A DNA stretch of 63,939 nt, counting the filler, from Octopus bimaculoides (lineage: Eukaryota), in NCBI RefSeq assembly GCF_001194135.2. It is 5 parts of 5 records of this genome, joined end to end, with 100 filler letters (N's around TTAATTAATTAA, not from the genome) between each part and the next. Parts side by side here need not be neighbours in the genome. Positions count along the whole stretch, not along the records: positions 1 to 26,798 come from NC_068987.1; positions 26,899 to 42,723 come from NC_068988.1; 3 more parts are not named here. One strand, 5' to 3'. The notes below the pieces were generated by a model. It had not been told where the DNA came from. It saw only the letters and a list, made by a program, of their open reading frames with translations, and ran no database searches. Shown here piece by piece: positions 22,750 to 37,207 of this stretch (its first letter is position 1; every line of letters starts with the position of its first letter). The position numbers were made by a program, and so were the translations under genes.

Positions 22750-23990
22750 GGGGCCAGATTTCTGATTTGAAGATACTTTTGTAGACCCTTCCTTCCCTTC
22801 CAATTTCATATACCTTCAGGATGTAATTGTTTTGGTAAGTAACATGTACAACTCTGAAAGACAGTAACTAGTTTATTCAAAAGGATGAACAACTAACCTG
22901 AACTGATGATCTACAAGCATTGAAAATCAGCAGCTCAAACATGACTACATACTGTTAGTTACTAAAATTATTAATGCAATTAATCAAAACTACACCCATA
23001 GTTGGGAGGGAAAAATCATTTACATAACTTTTAATTCTTGTCAAGACAAGGTGGACAACTCAAGGTTTGACATTGTGTTGCATCTCTGGGCAAGTTAGAA
23101 AACTCATGCTTCACTTGCTGTGAAGCAACACACCTACAAGCATGCTGCCCTCAGCGAAAAGGTACAGGGGTCCGTGGACCTCCATTGACACCAATACCGA
23201 GGCTTGGAAAACAAAAAAAAACAGCACCAGCTGTAGAAAGATCACCAACAACAACAGGTAAAGCAGCAAAAATAGCAACAATGGTGGTGGTGGTGGTGAC
23301 AGGCATAACAGCAAAACTGTCAGAGAGGTCAACCATGACAACCAGCATGTTGCAATCAAGTTCAACAACCTCTTCTCACAAACAAATATGCAGGAAAAGA
23401 TACATATGAATTCACTTCCACACAGATAGGAGGAGGTTGCAACAGACACTAGTTCTACCACATTGAAAAGTGATGAGGAGGAGGAACAGTAAATCTAAAA
23501 AAAAAAAACGAAAAGAAGTCACAAAGGCGAGACATCTTGTCCTGCACCAAAGCAAGATAACAAAGAAACTACACACATACACCCACAACAAATATTCAGA
23601 CAACCCACACTCAGACAACTCTTGTAACACCACAATCATCAACTAAAGCACCAAGAAACCCACTGCAAACAGAAAAAGATCCCAAAAGGAAACTCACACC
23701 ACAAACACAACAAGAACAGTAAAAAGTAACGATGCAGACAGCTAACTTTGTGTTAGTAAGGAGGGCCAACAAAAAATGGATGGCCCTCTTATCACAAAGA
23801 GAATACATTGAAAAAGCTAGGGGGAAATCTTCTTGGACTAGCACGTGCAACGTGCCAAAGGACTTAATGATGGTGAGGATGGATTTGGACACTTTCCAAA
23901 TAATTGGGGATGGATGCCTTTCCAGACAATGTTGGGATTCCTCAACGTGTGCATGTGTATTGGTGCATTTCCATTCCCCATAACTTAGCA
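22750..23990 (+). mobile_element. Decayed LINE ORF1 (gag-like) with CCHC zinc knuckle
   Basis: CFTCCEATHLQACC (C-x2-C-x4-H-x4-C) at 23107-23148, followed by low-complexity coding-like sequence; frameshifted. Confidence 0.55.
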
Positions 23991-26199
23991 GTTTAGCAAA
24001 AGAGACCAATAGAATAAGTACCAGGCTTAAAAAAATATAGGTACTGGAATCAATTCATTTGACTAAAATTTCTCAAGAAATGCCCACGGTATGGCAACTG
24101 AAACAAGTAAAAGATATTGGATAAATATCTTAATTTCAAAATTATTTTTCTTTCATATTAACCACAATTAGATTGATTGCTCAAATACTCCTTGTTCATG
24201 CTTTGATCTCAGATTGAAAACACATCCTTCTATAATTATTAATTATTATTTCAGCCTTTTGAGAGAACATTAATGACCACAAGTCAATAACAGAGCCTGT
24301 ACGTTAGGCACTAGCTTACCTTTTACAAGAAGCAGGCCGTATGTGACATGACTTATTGTCTGGTGGACTACAGCACTAAAAGTTTGAGGTAATTTTTTTT
24401 TATTTTGTTAAGGCTTGGTATCCAAAAAGACCTGTGTGCAGCTGCAAGTTGCCCACAACTGTTCTACATGATTGCTCCATCTTCTAGAAATACCAACTAA
24501 ATCTCTCTCCAATCAGAGCCTTCTGCCAAAAGAGACTAAAAAATATATATATTACAAAAATGTAAGTCTTTTTTTCCTAAATGAATTGCACTTCATATTC
24601 GAGGCTCTGTGAAGCTATAGGATATTTTTCAGACACTCAACTAAGAGTCCACTGCATCTTATAGCAGAAACCACATGGTTCTGGGTTCAGTCCCACTGCA
24701 TGGCACCTTGTGTAAGTGTCTTCTACTGTAGCCTCAGGCTGACCAAAGCCTTGTGAGTGAATTTGGTAGATGGAAACTGAAAGAAGCCCATCGTGTATGT
24801 GTGTGTATCTATATATGTATAGGTCCAGTGTAATCTGTGGGTAGGAGAGGTGCAGCCGGAGAGTGTAGAGTTAGCTCGAAACGTTAAGGACTTTCTCTAT
24901 TCCCAAGCGTTAAACTAATACATCCTTTTGTTGTTTACACCACCTGTCCTGGTCTGTTGTTGTTTTTTTCGTAAATTTTCCCATATATATGTATACATCT
25001 ATGTGTGTGTCTTTGTTTCTCCAGACCATCATTTTTTTTTTTTATCAACCATTGCTCACTAAAAACATGAAATAAGTATATGAGATTACTGTGATACAAA
25101 TTGTATTCATTTCAGTTTTATTAATGTTGAAAACAAAAAAATTAAGAAATGACAATTAACTATGAACTATTACATCGATAATTTTTTTTTTTTTTTGCAT
25201 TTTATATTTGTTTCTTAAAAAAAATATTTTATATAAAACTATGACCCATCAAGGGTCAGTATTGCTCCCTAAGCAGCTGCATAGTTGGCTAAATGGAAAT
25301 ACTAACTCTGTGTACCTTCCCGTGAAAACTTACCTGGTGAACCTGACTGTCCTTCTTGATTTCTATATCTTGGCCTCCAAATGTCCAACAATTGCAGCTC
25401 AATTATACCTCTTCATCTCTCTGCTACCATTCCTCTATTTTCACCCAAACCTCTCTCTATAAACACTAACCTTAAATACAAGCTGAACATAACAATATCA
25501 ATATCCTTTTAGTGGAGTCTGCAAGGATTTTCAGCACTGATAACCCCTTTTGTGACCACAAAATAAATAATTTAGCCCTTTAGCATTCTGATTGCCTTGT
25601 CAACTGTATTGCTTATTTATTCACATTGTTCTGAATTGATTATATAATATCTCGTAGATTCAAGACTTTGATGATGTGATTGTCTATTTTCTTAATGACA
25701 TTGTAGAATTGGTGAGAGAAACTGGAATTGGTCGCTTACTTTTAATTATTATTTTCTTTTTTTTTTTTTTAATAATAAAAAGTTTAAGGGGTTTAATAAA
25801 ATAACTAACTTTTCTATTTGTTGATAAACATATATCAAGTTGGTGTTTGGTATAGAAATTAACTAAAAGGTTTTTACAGAAAATTATAATGGATTTTTCC
25901 TTTATTTTTTTTATTATTTTTTTATTTATTCATTTGTTCAAATATGAATACATTAAATGAGATGGGTGTTAGACATAATCAGTCACTTGGTTTAACAATG
26001 ATTACTTGGCCCTTCAGTAACTTTAGCAGAGTTCACTCTCTTGCAAATATTTAAATCACATCCATGATTCAAGGATACCTTCTGCCCTTTCTTCTTGACT
26101 AAGCAATAACAAAAAAAAAAAAAATGGAAGAAAAGAGATGATTTTGTATGAAAGAACCAAGACAAAATGATATCAAAAAGGATTAACTAATACATTTAT

Positions 26200-26660
26200 A
26201 GATTTGTTTTGCAAGATTCCCGATATGATATCATGTGTTGAAACAGATATTGTTATGGTATGATACAAACAATATATTTCGCTGCTTTGTAAGGGTAATT
26301 TACCTAGTATTTCTGCTGTTTTAATGGTAATTATGTGTTCAAAAAATATCTTCTTGTTTGTATCGTACAATACATTTTTTGATGCTTCTAATAAAAGATA
26401 AATGTTATTTTGTTTATATTTATACTCACAGATACTGTTATATTTCTTTCTTTTTAAAAAAAATAAATAAACACATGCACTATAAATTCATTCTTCACTT
26501 GTTTATTATTTTTCTTATTTTATCTTATGTCCATTGTCTGAAAATCTTTTATCACTCATCTGTGACCACTTCAGCCATGTGTTTCCTAAAAAAAAAAAAG
26601 AACAATAATAAACGAGTAAAGAACGAATATATGGTGCATGTTTATTTGGCAAAAAAAAAA
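26200..26660. repeat. Diverged copy of the 10236-10617 fold-back family (one full arm, one deleted arm)
   Basis: aaataaacacatgcactata...gtccattgtctgaaaatcttttatcactcatctgtgaccacttcag...gtgcatgtttatttggc. Confidence 0.75.
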
Positions 26661-26798
26661 ATTAAAAATAAAAACCATATAACGGCTGCTACCGTACCCG
26701 TGACGGGGTCCGATTCGCGAGTTTGCGGGTCGGGCCCGGGGGAATAGTCACGCTCTAGGTGACCCTCATACCCCAAGGGGGTCCAGACTACTATGTAG

Positions 26799-26898
26799 NN
26801 NNNNNNNNNNNNNNNNNNNNNNNNNNNNNNNNNNNNNNNNNNTTAATTAATTAANNNNNNNNNNNNNNNNNNNNNNNNNNNNNNNNNNNNNNNNNNNN
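26799..26898. other. Assembly gap marker: 44 N + TTAATTAATTAA + 44 N (also at 42768, 59133, 62542)
   Basis: Same 100-nt structure four times; the 12-mer has stops in all six frames. Confidence 0.95.
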
Positions 26899-27329
26899 GG
26901 GTCCTGCGCTTCACAGCCAGTGTTGCAAATTTCCTTTGTCGAACTCCCTTCAATTTAATTTGATTAGGTATTGGCTGTGTAGGGGCTTTTCTTGCTATCG
27001 CTTTATCATGGCATCTTGTTGCCTAATTAGTAGCTTTAATTTTCATTTTTTCTTCTTCATAGTTTCTGTTGTTAATTCTCTTTATTCTGCAAAGCTATCT
27101 TTCATTTCAACTTCTGTTTTGTGTTAGTTAGCTTTCTCGAAGTAAGAAAAGGTTTCTTTTTGTTTTTTGGTTTTGTTTTAATCCATTATAAAAATAACTC
27201 CGATGAAAATCATTAACATAAGCGCAATTACGCTGCTGACAAAAGACACCGACGAAGAGGATGACAGCGAACACTTTTATCTCTGGTAAACACAGTTTAA
27301 GATTTTGGCTGAGGTGTTAGAGATAAAGG

Positions 27330-28110
27330 TTGATGTTCATCGTCAGTGGTATGGCCGGAAAGCACAAAGAAGAGCGATTTAGAACAGGTCCATACGCGAC
27401 AACCTCCATCTTATGCGATACACCACAGAGAGAGAGAGAGAGAGAGAGATTGTGGGACAAAACAGGCTTCATTAGAACCCCAATCAATTTGAATCAGTCG
27501 AAATTTTTCGATAGTCGATATTCGTTGCTTGGAAACTGTTCTCATGGCGGCCTGGTTTGGAAACATTTTCAGAAGCTACATCTTGGCTATGAACAGCTTT
27601 ATCTGATCGAGGTCAAAGTAAACGGCTACTTCTCGGGACCATTTTGCATCACCCTCTCGGTCCGACAGTACTTGCCACTCTTTAACTCTTGTGTACGTGC
27701 TACAGTCACTATCGCAGAAGTTTGAAGGGCTTCATTTTTGAACTGAGACCTGGAAGAGCCTTGACAGCATATACGGATAAAATCACTGTCAAGGCGTCGG
27801 ATGCGAACTAGGCGAAAGTGGTCGGCAATATTCTCAAGGAATACGAGTCGATGGAAAGGTTTAAGGTCAACCCGCACGAGTCAGTGTCTTGTGTCACGGC
27901 ACCTGGAGAAGCAACTTCATTCCGGCGAACAGCGTTGTGGTACAGTTTTTGCTATTTAAACGGGGCGAATGCGTTTCTGGCCAGGCGGTCCATCAAACTG
28001 CCTGATCCCGCTTCAAGTCCTGACTGTTGATGAGCAACCACGCAGTGGGTGAACGGATGTGGTCACCGTTTGTGAGGTACGTCTTTCCGCAGTTCGTCTT
28101 CTTGGCGGTG
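27330..28110 (+). mobile_element. Tx1/L1-clade LINE reverse transcriptase pseudogene fragment
   Basis: NLNQSKFFD, VKVNGYFSGPFCITLSVRQ and AYTDKITV...LKEYE...KVN correspond to RT motifs LDQ.KAFD, V.VNG..S.PF...RSVRQGCP and YADD; stops and frameshifts present. Confidence 0.8.
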
Positions 28111-28145
28111 CTGCAGTTCTGAGTAAAGCAAAGACAGTGACCAAA

Positions 28146-28218
<73 letters not shown>
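28146..28218. repeat. (TAG)n microsatellite
   Basis: Direct reading. Confidence 0.97.
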
Positions 28219-28219
<1 letters not shown>

Positions 28220-29149
28220 AAATCGCTATCACTACACTAGTAATGAGCAAGGGTAGCTGCAACAGTGATGGCAAAGATAACAGTAGAGGCAGCAATTGTA
28301 GAAAAATATCACCTGCTGGTGCTACATGAAACTTTTGATTTAGACCAAGCGGAAAAAAAAAAAAGCAACCATACACGAATACTCGAAAAGAGTAGGACTT
28401 GGATGAAGAAGAAAAGTTACCAATACACCACGGCAGCTCCAAGATCAAACTGAAAGGAAAACAATGGTATAGAGATGCATATCATTGTAAAGACATAAAC
28501 CAGAGCGAATATTTCCAGAGCCAGCTGAACTCTGCTTGAAAAGCTTAATGGAAGTTATAAAACATTGTTACAAGAACCAGCCAATTCGGTTGTATGCGCA
28601 TGATTCTTCACCCAGAAATCCTGTCCCAGAAGCTCTCCACTATCATTCGTAGAAGTGAGGAATTAACACTAATACCAATTTGCCTAGAGCAGAGGAATCA
28701 GGATAAAATTTGCGAATCCACCGCCAGAACCAGACATCTGGTAGCGGGTGAAAAGTGTTATATTGAAGGATCCAAGCACACTGATGGAGTTGGGGATGGG
28801 GTTTGGAGATCCTGACTTAGGTGAAAGTTGAGATAGTGGACAGGATCCACGACCTAATAAAGATTCGAGGTGAGCAGCAATTACAAATGCTCGAAGGGGA
28901 TAGATAGCCTAGATACCACAATTGTAGAAACATCGATCACCTCAACACCTTCTACCCCAACAATAACAAAAAGTGACAGCTACATTACAACAACAAAACG
29001 CATACTGATATAGTCTGACCGGTAATGACCAAACATACACCATGCCAACAACCCTCACCTCATGCAATATATATGGTAGTCCCCACTCCAAGCAATAGAG
29101 TATAAAACACGTAGGTAAGAAACCTGGCACAAGTGGGGCCTTAATCAAC

Positions 29150-29640
29150 TTAGATCAATTAAATGCCTTCGATTGGGTCAACTACCAATATTTGGTGGCT
29201 GTTCTCAAAGGAGACAGTTTTAGGCTCGTTTTCAAGGGCCGGATCGCTGCAATGTACTTCGATATTTGTTCGGTGGTCAGCGTAAAATAGCTACGTATCG
29301 GAACCTTTCAGCATCATGAGCCCGGTCCATCAATATTGTTCCCTCTCATCTATTGTATGTACTGAATCTTGACCCACTACTGTGGAATCTGGAGAAATTG
29401 AAGCATGTTCTGCGCGAACTAGTTTGTGAAATGTCTTTGTAGGTATATGCGAACGACGTCACCATTATAGTGTCGGATGACAAGTACATCAAAGTTATCG
29501 GTATCTCTCTGAAGGTGTACAACGCGGAGATAGGAGAAAAAAAAAGATCGATGGAACTTCAGCTAAGCACCTGGAGAAGTAGGATCAACAGCGTGTCGGC
29601 ACACTGGATGGACCTGTTAAATTGTTCGGGGTCGAGCAAA
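29150..29640 (+). mobile_element. Second Tx1/L1-clade RT fragment
   Basis: VYANDVTIIVSDDKYIKVIGISLKVY...RSMELQLSTWRSR (YADD-like motif). Confidence 0.75.
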
Positions 29641-30867
29641 GAATATGTGTGCGTGTGTGTGTGTCTGTGTGTGCGTGTGTACGTGCGTGTGTGCGTGCGT
29701 GCGTGTGTGTGTGTGTGCGTTCGAAGGTTAGTTTCATTCGAAAATGGCTCGAGAAAAAGCTATCTCTAGCAGAGGTGGAAGACACCGACATTTCCTCCAC
29801 TATCTATTACCACCGGTCTGCGTTTTGCTCGGACCATGTCTGATTAAACTGAAACGTCTGTGTATNNNNNNNNNNNNNNNNNNNNNNNNNNNNNNNNNNN
29901 NNNNNNNNNNNNNNNNNNNNNNNNNNNNNNNNNNNNNNNNNNNNNNNNNNNNNNNNNNNNNNNNNNNNNNNNNNNNNNNNNNNNNNNNNNNNNNNNNNNN
30001 NNNNNNNNNNNNNNNNNNNNNNNNNNNNNNNNNNNNNNNNNNNNNNNNNNNNNNNNNNNNNNNNNNNNNNNNNNNNNNNNNNNNNNNNNNNNNNNNNNNN
30101 NNNNNNNNNNNNNNNNNNNNNNNNNNNNNNNNNNNNNNNNNNNNNNNNNNNNNNNNNNNNNNNNNNNNNNNNNNNNNNNNNNNNNNNNNNNNNNNNNNNN
30201 NNNNNNNNNNNNNNNNNNNNNNNNNNNNNNNNNNNNNNNNNNNNNNNNNNNNNNNNNNNNNNNNNNNNNNNNNNNNNNNNNNNNNNNNNNNNNNNNTATA
30301 TATATATATATGCACAAATTCTGGCGATATCAATGCTGTTGATGCTCAGTATGAAAATCTGTTGGTTGGTGTCTACAAGAAAGCAAAACAATTTCGTTTC
30401 ATTTGTCGGTATTAAACATGAATGTTATCTTTTATACGAACATCGATGTGCAATCAGCTCTGACAGTATGGTTACATCTTATTTAAACGAGTGATATTTA
30501 AAAAATTGTTATGAGTCTTAGTCAAGCGAATAGTTTAAACTAAAAAACTGTAAGAAAAAGATACCAAATTTATTTCCCTTGAAATTGTGTAAAAGTTGCT
30601 TCCCTTGAATATTAGTGAATAGAGTAGCTTCCCTTGCAAAAATCCATATTTGCTTTTATTTTGTTTTTCTTGAAAAATAGATATTAATATTAATACATGC
30701 GCGCGTACAAATAAGTTTAGGCCCAGAAAACTAGACCAGAAACGTTTAGACCTAATAACTTTACTACTCCATTAAAAACATGATAGGACAATATAGAATA
30801 CGAAACATTCTTAGCTACATTCTCCAGAAAAGTTGTTTACAATACGTATTTTCATAGAAAAAGTGTT

Positions 30868-30929
<62 letters not shown>

Positions 30930-30999
30930 GTCTGTCTGTCTGTCTGTCTGTATACCTATACATGCATACATCCATCTATCCACCCATAATGGTTAGGTG

Positions 31000-31260
31000 T
31001 ATTCGGCTCATAGTTGTAATGTCGTGAGCTCGATTGCCAGCAGTGCGTTGTATACTTGAGCAAGATGTTCCAATTCGCTCAGCTGGCAAAAATATGTAAT
31101 AACTGTATTTCAAAGAGCTAGCCATATCACATTCCGTGTCACGCTGAATCTCCATGAGAACTAGGTTAAGGGCACGCTTGCTTGTGGAATGCTCAGCCAC
31201 TTGCACGTTAATTTCACGGGCAGGCTGTTCCGTTGATCGGATTAACTTGGAGGAGTGCCA
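31000..31260 (+). mobile_element. SINE family C copy
   Basis: Reverse complement of the 15879-16237 body. Confidence 0.8.
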
Positions 31261-31298
31261 GTAAGTAACATCCATCCATCCATCCATCCATCCATCCA

Positions 31299-31329
<31 letters not shown>

Positions 31330-32459
31330 GTATGCTCACCTATTCTTCTACTTCCTCCCTTTGTTTCTCCCTCTACCACTCTCTCTCTCTCTCTCTCTCC
31401 CTTACCCCTGCATGGTCACATGCTTCCGGTCAATAATCCTTTTCTTCCTTGGCTATCGCCGAGCAAACGCGCGAACTTACTTCGTCCCCACTTTCAAGTT
31501 CGTGCCTCACAGCGTTCATATACNNNNNNNNNNGTTTGTTTTCCTGTCTTGTTTTTTGTCCGCCACTACATTCCTCCATGGCACAGGTTTAATTTGTGTA
31601 TACAAATTTAATTTGCGGTCCATAGGAGGAGCCGTTTTAACGATGCGTCCTGCCCAACTCTTCGAAACGCCGGTGTTAAAACGGGGGTAGCTGATGAAGG
31701 AAAATATTCTCTATGTGGCTTGTGTGTTTTCTGTACTCTGGTTATTATTATTTCTTGTCTACGTTTTATTTGCAATGTCCTGTACCCAGATATGCACCTA
31801 TATATACAGGTAGACGTAGGTATGCACACACCTGTACGTATATATGCATATACTCATTTATTATTTGTTTTTACATACATACATACATACGTACGTACGT
31901 AGGTACGTACGTACTACGTATAAGAAGCCATAGCCACTCATAATAAGAAGAAGTACTGGTAGAATGTCGCAGTGAAAACCTCAGTAAAATATAAAGACAA
32001 TAGACCTGTATACAATAGACCTGTATATACAATAGACCTGTATACAATAGACCTGTATAATGATTTGGTATAGAGAAGAGAAACTGTGTACAATTGTGAA
32101 AATCAGCTGCCCAGTGGATGTTAACATAAAGCTGAAGATAAGTGAAAAAGAGAAAACCTACGCTGTACTATTGAGAAATCTGCCTTTACTCTATCCAGGT
32201 TAAAAGTTTAGGTTTATACCTGTAATTATTGGGGCACTGGGATACGTAACACACTGTCTAAATGCCAATCTTCAGAAATTAGGCATCTCAAAACCAGAAA
32301 GGATAAAGCTGATCTGAAGACTACAGATCTAATCCATCGCCGGAACTGTAAAATTCTGTGAAACCTTCCAGAAGTTTATCATTTAAGTATATATGAGCAT
32401 GTCTAGATATGAAAGTATATGCATGAGAAGACATACATAAAACAAAACATACGAATCTG

Positions 32460-32789
32460 CACATATACATACATACATACATACATACATACATACATAC
32501 ATACATACATACATACATACACACATACATACATACACATACATACATACATACATACATACATACATACATACATACATACAAAAATACCTTGTGGCTG
32601 ATATTGAAATTCCAATGCAGAAGCCTTGGATCTAGGTTTAAAACCTGTTCTTTCTCTTTTGGCAAGAAATCTTGAAATAAAACTGAATAATGACACCGCA
32701 CACACACACACACACACAATCACACATACATACATACATACATACATACATACATACATACATACATGCATACATACATACATACATAC

Positions 32790-32820
<31 letters not shown>

Positions 32821-32848
32821 CATACATACATACATACATACATACATA
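32460..32848. repeat. Two (ATAC)n microsatellite blocks
   Basis: Direct reading. Confidence 0.95.
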
Positions 32849-34539
32849 GTGCCGTATCGAATCCTTTAGACAACAACCACTGATCAGTAAAAAGAAATAA
32901 ATACATCACTCAACAGTGAAAATAACAAAATGAGAATAAGTGAAGAATTCCTGAACAAGTACTCTAGTTGTATACGCGTTTCGTACGAATAAAAGGTAGA
33001 TGGTTTAAACCATTTAACCAAAAAAAAAAAATTGAGGAGAATCACTCATCATGTCAGCAAAACGCTATGCTTGTGGATATATTCTTCCATGTAGAGAATA
33101 TCAATAACAATTTCTGAAGCAGTGGCTTTTCCTGTGCCTGAGATCGATACATTTAACCTAAAAGGCAACGATCTTGTTCTACACAAACAGGAGATAATAA
33201 CTTTATACCTCATAAAAAAAAAAAGAAAACGGTGAGATAAACATATTTACTACAGCAAAATTTTACGTAGATAAGCGGATTTTGTTTTGGAAACTACTGC
33301 CAAAACTAACTTACATATCCAAAGGACAAAAACTACGCCAGGCTTTCAAATGTATGACTGTGTCGTGATGGCAATTATTTAGATGATCCAAAGCTCGAAC
33401 AACTGGTTATATGTCATTTTGAAGTTGTGTGACTTATTAATGCTACTCTAAATCTCATCTGTATGTTATAAAACGGTCAAATGAAAAGGAGTAGATCATC
33501 ACAGCACAATTCGAATATTAATTAACTTTGCGTTTCTGCGAAGAATATCTAAAGAATATCTTTAAAATAAAGCATTCCTTCCCGTAGACAGTGGCTCCAG
33601 ATAATTCAGCAAACCCGGATGATCTGAAAGGTAACACTGTGTAACACGATTATTGTCCTTGGGTAGCAACTGTTATTTCCAATTTGCTTACCTCTAGCAA
33701 GTATGAAAAATCGCTAATATTTCTTTCAAACTTTGCTTTTGTTATATTTATTTAAACCATGGCTATGATGCTCCCCCGCTATGCCTGCTCATGATCAAAG
33801 ATACACATATTGTCAGCCACTAAGGGAAATGCTCAACTGGTTAAGGTCAAACAACTGACAAGCAAATCTTTGGTATTGAGCAGAATATTTGCTTTAACGA
33901 TATTTCTGCTTCAGTAACTCAGCGCAGTCTGAAATATAATGGAAAATAAGTCAGTTTCAAAACATTGATGTCCAGGCCACAAAAGCAAAGTTTGAAGGGA
34001 ACAGTAGTCATTTCTTTTGATTTCTAGATAGAATCAAATAGAAAATAGCACTTACTGACAAAAGACAAATAAATAAACCTTTTGTTACACAATGTAATGT
34101 TCAAGTAGCTTTTCTACCAACACACACAAGAAGCTCGTCTGGTGCAAAATACATCCTGCAAGATTCGAGGTGCAATTATAAAATGTTCATCGGGAGACTG
34201 TTCGGCTCAAACTCCTGGCTTGGTTTAATGAGATAATTTTTTAGAATTGTAGTGGAGTTAGTTGAATCACTGAGATCCATAGATGTCGAATAACTTTTCA
34301 TACATTTGGAATAACACTGTGAGTGAAGATGCGGAATCAGTACGAATTTTAACAATTAAAGATTTGTCGATGCTTTCTAGTTTTTAGGTAATGTTATTAC
34401 TACATTCACTGACAAAGATCTGAAAAGAGAGCAGCTTAGAGGCAAATAGGTTAATAATGAATGGATATAAATGAGAAACAGAATAACGATTTCAAATTTT
34501 AACACAAGGCTAGCACTAGTAGGGAAGAAGTAAATCGAT

Positions 34540-35300
34540 TAGATCGACCCCAGTACTCAACTGGTACTTATTTTATCGACACCAAAGGATGAAAGACAAA
34601 GTCGACCTTGGCGGAATTTGAACTCAGAACAGACGAAATGCTGCTAAGCTTTTTACCCATTGTGCTGGTGATTCTATCAGCGCGCCGCCTTATTGAGAAA
34701 TGAGAAATAGAATAATGCAAACAGAAGAAAAATTGCAGAATATAATAATCTGGAACATGTTTTTAAAATGAATATTTATTTTACTGGTTTTTATTATTTT
34801 CTTAATATATGTTCATCAAACATATTTCTGTGTTTGATATTAGAAGTGTTTAGGGTGGCGAGCTGGAAGACTGTTTAGTATGCTTAGGCGAATGTTTAGC
34901 TTAGCGGCATTTCGTTTCTTTTTGCATTCTGAGTTCAAATTGCGCCGGGGTCGACTTTGCCTTTCATCTTTTCGAAGTCAATAAAATGAGTACCAGTTAA
35001 GCACTGGAGGGGGGGGGGTCGGGATTTAATCGAATTACTCCCTCCTCGGAAGTTGCGGGCTTTACGCCAAAATTTGAAACTAATATTGGAAGTATTTAAA
35101 GCGGTGAGCTGGCAGAATCGTTAGCACGATGGACAAAATGCTAAGCGGCATTTCTTCCGACTTCACGTTCTGCCGAGATCGACTTTAACCTTCATCCTTT
35201 CCGGGTCGATAAAATAAGTACTAATCGAGCACTGACGTCGAGGTAGTCGACTTCCGTCCACCCCCGAAATTGCTGGCCTTGTGCCAAAATTTGAAGTTAA
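34540..35300. mobile_element. Cluster of three SINE family D copies (-, +, +)
   Basis: ggcgagctggcagaatcgttagc...gagttcaaatt...gtcgactttgcctttcatcc motif repeated many times in the window. Confidence 0.8.
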
Positions 35301-37084
35301 TTTAAGAAGTGTTTTGCGTCTTACTTTTGAAGTTTGATTTTGATTTTGTAAATAAGAGTAGATCCTTAGAATGTAACTTTTGTGTATAACATGGAGTCAG
35401 TGGTAAAACTGATTTACCTTTATGTCTTTGACTAAACCTGTTCACTCCAAGAACTAACAATGTTAGGTAAAGACTGACTACATAAATATGATACTATGAA
35501 TGCATATTTGCATGTGTTTATGTATGCTTATGTACGTGTGCTTGTATGTAAGTTAATATATGTACATAATCACCCAAGTACCTCGGTTTGCAGAGAGAAA
35601 AAACGCAAACAAACGTTCATATAGGCATGGTGCACTAAAGCCTGTGATTTCATTGTCTTACTAGTGTCCTATTTGAATCTGATAAAGATATATTTTCATG
35701 AAAATGTTTTAAAGACTATATCCTATCAAGTAGAACAAGTGTTTTAGCTATAGCTGCGGAGTGAAATTACATTTAATGGGCAAATGAAGACAAATCTCTC
35801 ATTTTTCTTAAGATAGAAAAAGGGAAATTAGCCAGTTCGGTTTCAATTCCAGTTGGAATTCGCACCAGCGATCATGCACTCGTCTTTGTCTGTCAAAACA
35901 GAGATATAACTTTATTACAAACTACTTTACTAAATCGGTAACATATTTCCATTATTCAAATGTACTGTTCAGTTTATTAATGACTACTTATTTCTAATCA
36001 ACTGTCATATATGATATCAAAGCATCTTTTATGCAAACAGGAGTTACTGAATTATGGAAATCTTTATTTGTAGTGACTAAATAAATAGCTATAAGTTTCA
36101 TTTCTCTTTGGTCAGATGAAAATCACAGCTAAGATTGAAACTGGTTTGATCATTCACTCTTTTTCTGTCCTCAGAGAAATTTAGAAACGTCATTAGTTTA
36201 CATTTGTCCAGGGTATTCCATCACACGCTGTAGTACTACTTAAAGACGTGTACTGTTTAATAGGTTATACTCTACAGGACATTTCCTTAATCTAAAATAT
36301 CCTCGTTAGTGCATAAATTACTCAACAGGCGGACTTCTGTTTCTCTCTCATTTTCTCTATTGTTGATGACCTCTCTCACATCAGCCACTCTTCTCCTTAA
36401 ATAGCTCACACTATACTCTTCTGTCTTGTCACATTGGCACCATAACTACAACATCGATTTCCTGGTCGTCCTTTTACCATCTCTGTCTTAGTCTCGGTTT
36501 TTTTACCCACCCTCCCTTAGTTCTCATTCAGTATAATTGATTTCTCATCAACCCCACCTACTAAATAACATATTCACTTCTTCCTCATTCCTATTGCCCA
36601 TTACTTGAACACTTCAAAACTCAGTCGAAAGATCATTAGACAAGACACCATCTCTTCTCACTCCTCATGACAACCAAACTTATTGACAGTGAAAGTCTCC
36701 TGGATTTATATTTTCCGTACCTGCACTCAGAAGGGTCGTATATTGAATCGTAAAGGTGTTGGAGGGTTGTATCTTGTCACAAGCCGCTGATGTTAGCTAA
36801 TGTAAATTTCCTTTCTATCATGTGTGAGGCAACGTGCAACACAGATTAAAGCTATTTATAAAACTGTTTGCAGAAGGAAATGGTAGAATAAAACAACTGC
36901 ACGTTTTAGTAGTTACATATTTGGCAGCTTGCTAAATACCAAGAAACGATGAGATGCAAAATCTATTCTCACTGGGATTTAAAACTGACAAGACGTTTAG
37001 TCCATAAAGCATCATAGATGTGAATGGAATTATTACAGAAGACTGAGAAAGGAACATCTCTGATCATAGGTTTGCTCACACAGA

Positions 37085-37134
37085 GATGGCCTGGGGCTAA
37101 ACAACACAACAGCAGCAACAACAACAAAACCACC

Positions 37135-37166
<32 letters not shown>

Positions 37167-37207
37167 CAACAGCAACAACAACAATAACAACAACAACAAC
37201 AACAACA
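37085..37207. repeat. (CAC)n/(AAC)n microsatellite, start repeated at 37788-37870 across a gap
   Basis: Direct reading. Confidence 0.9.

Noticed and set aside
26683-26798. GC/CpG-rich patch beside a gap
   Set aside because: Too short and truncated to assign; probably a retroelement fragment
31886-31922. Self-complementary (TACG)n tract
   Set aside because: Simple variant of the adjacent (ATAC)n microsatellite
35800-35889. Minus-strand acceptor followed by short open frames (KDECMIAGANSNWN* or QRRVHDRWCEFQ...)
   Set aside because: No recognisable homology or partner exon
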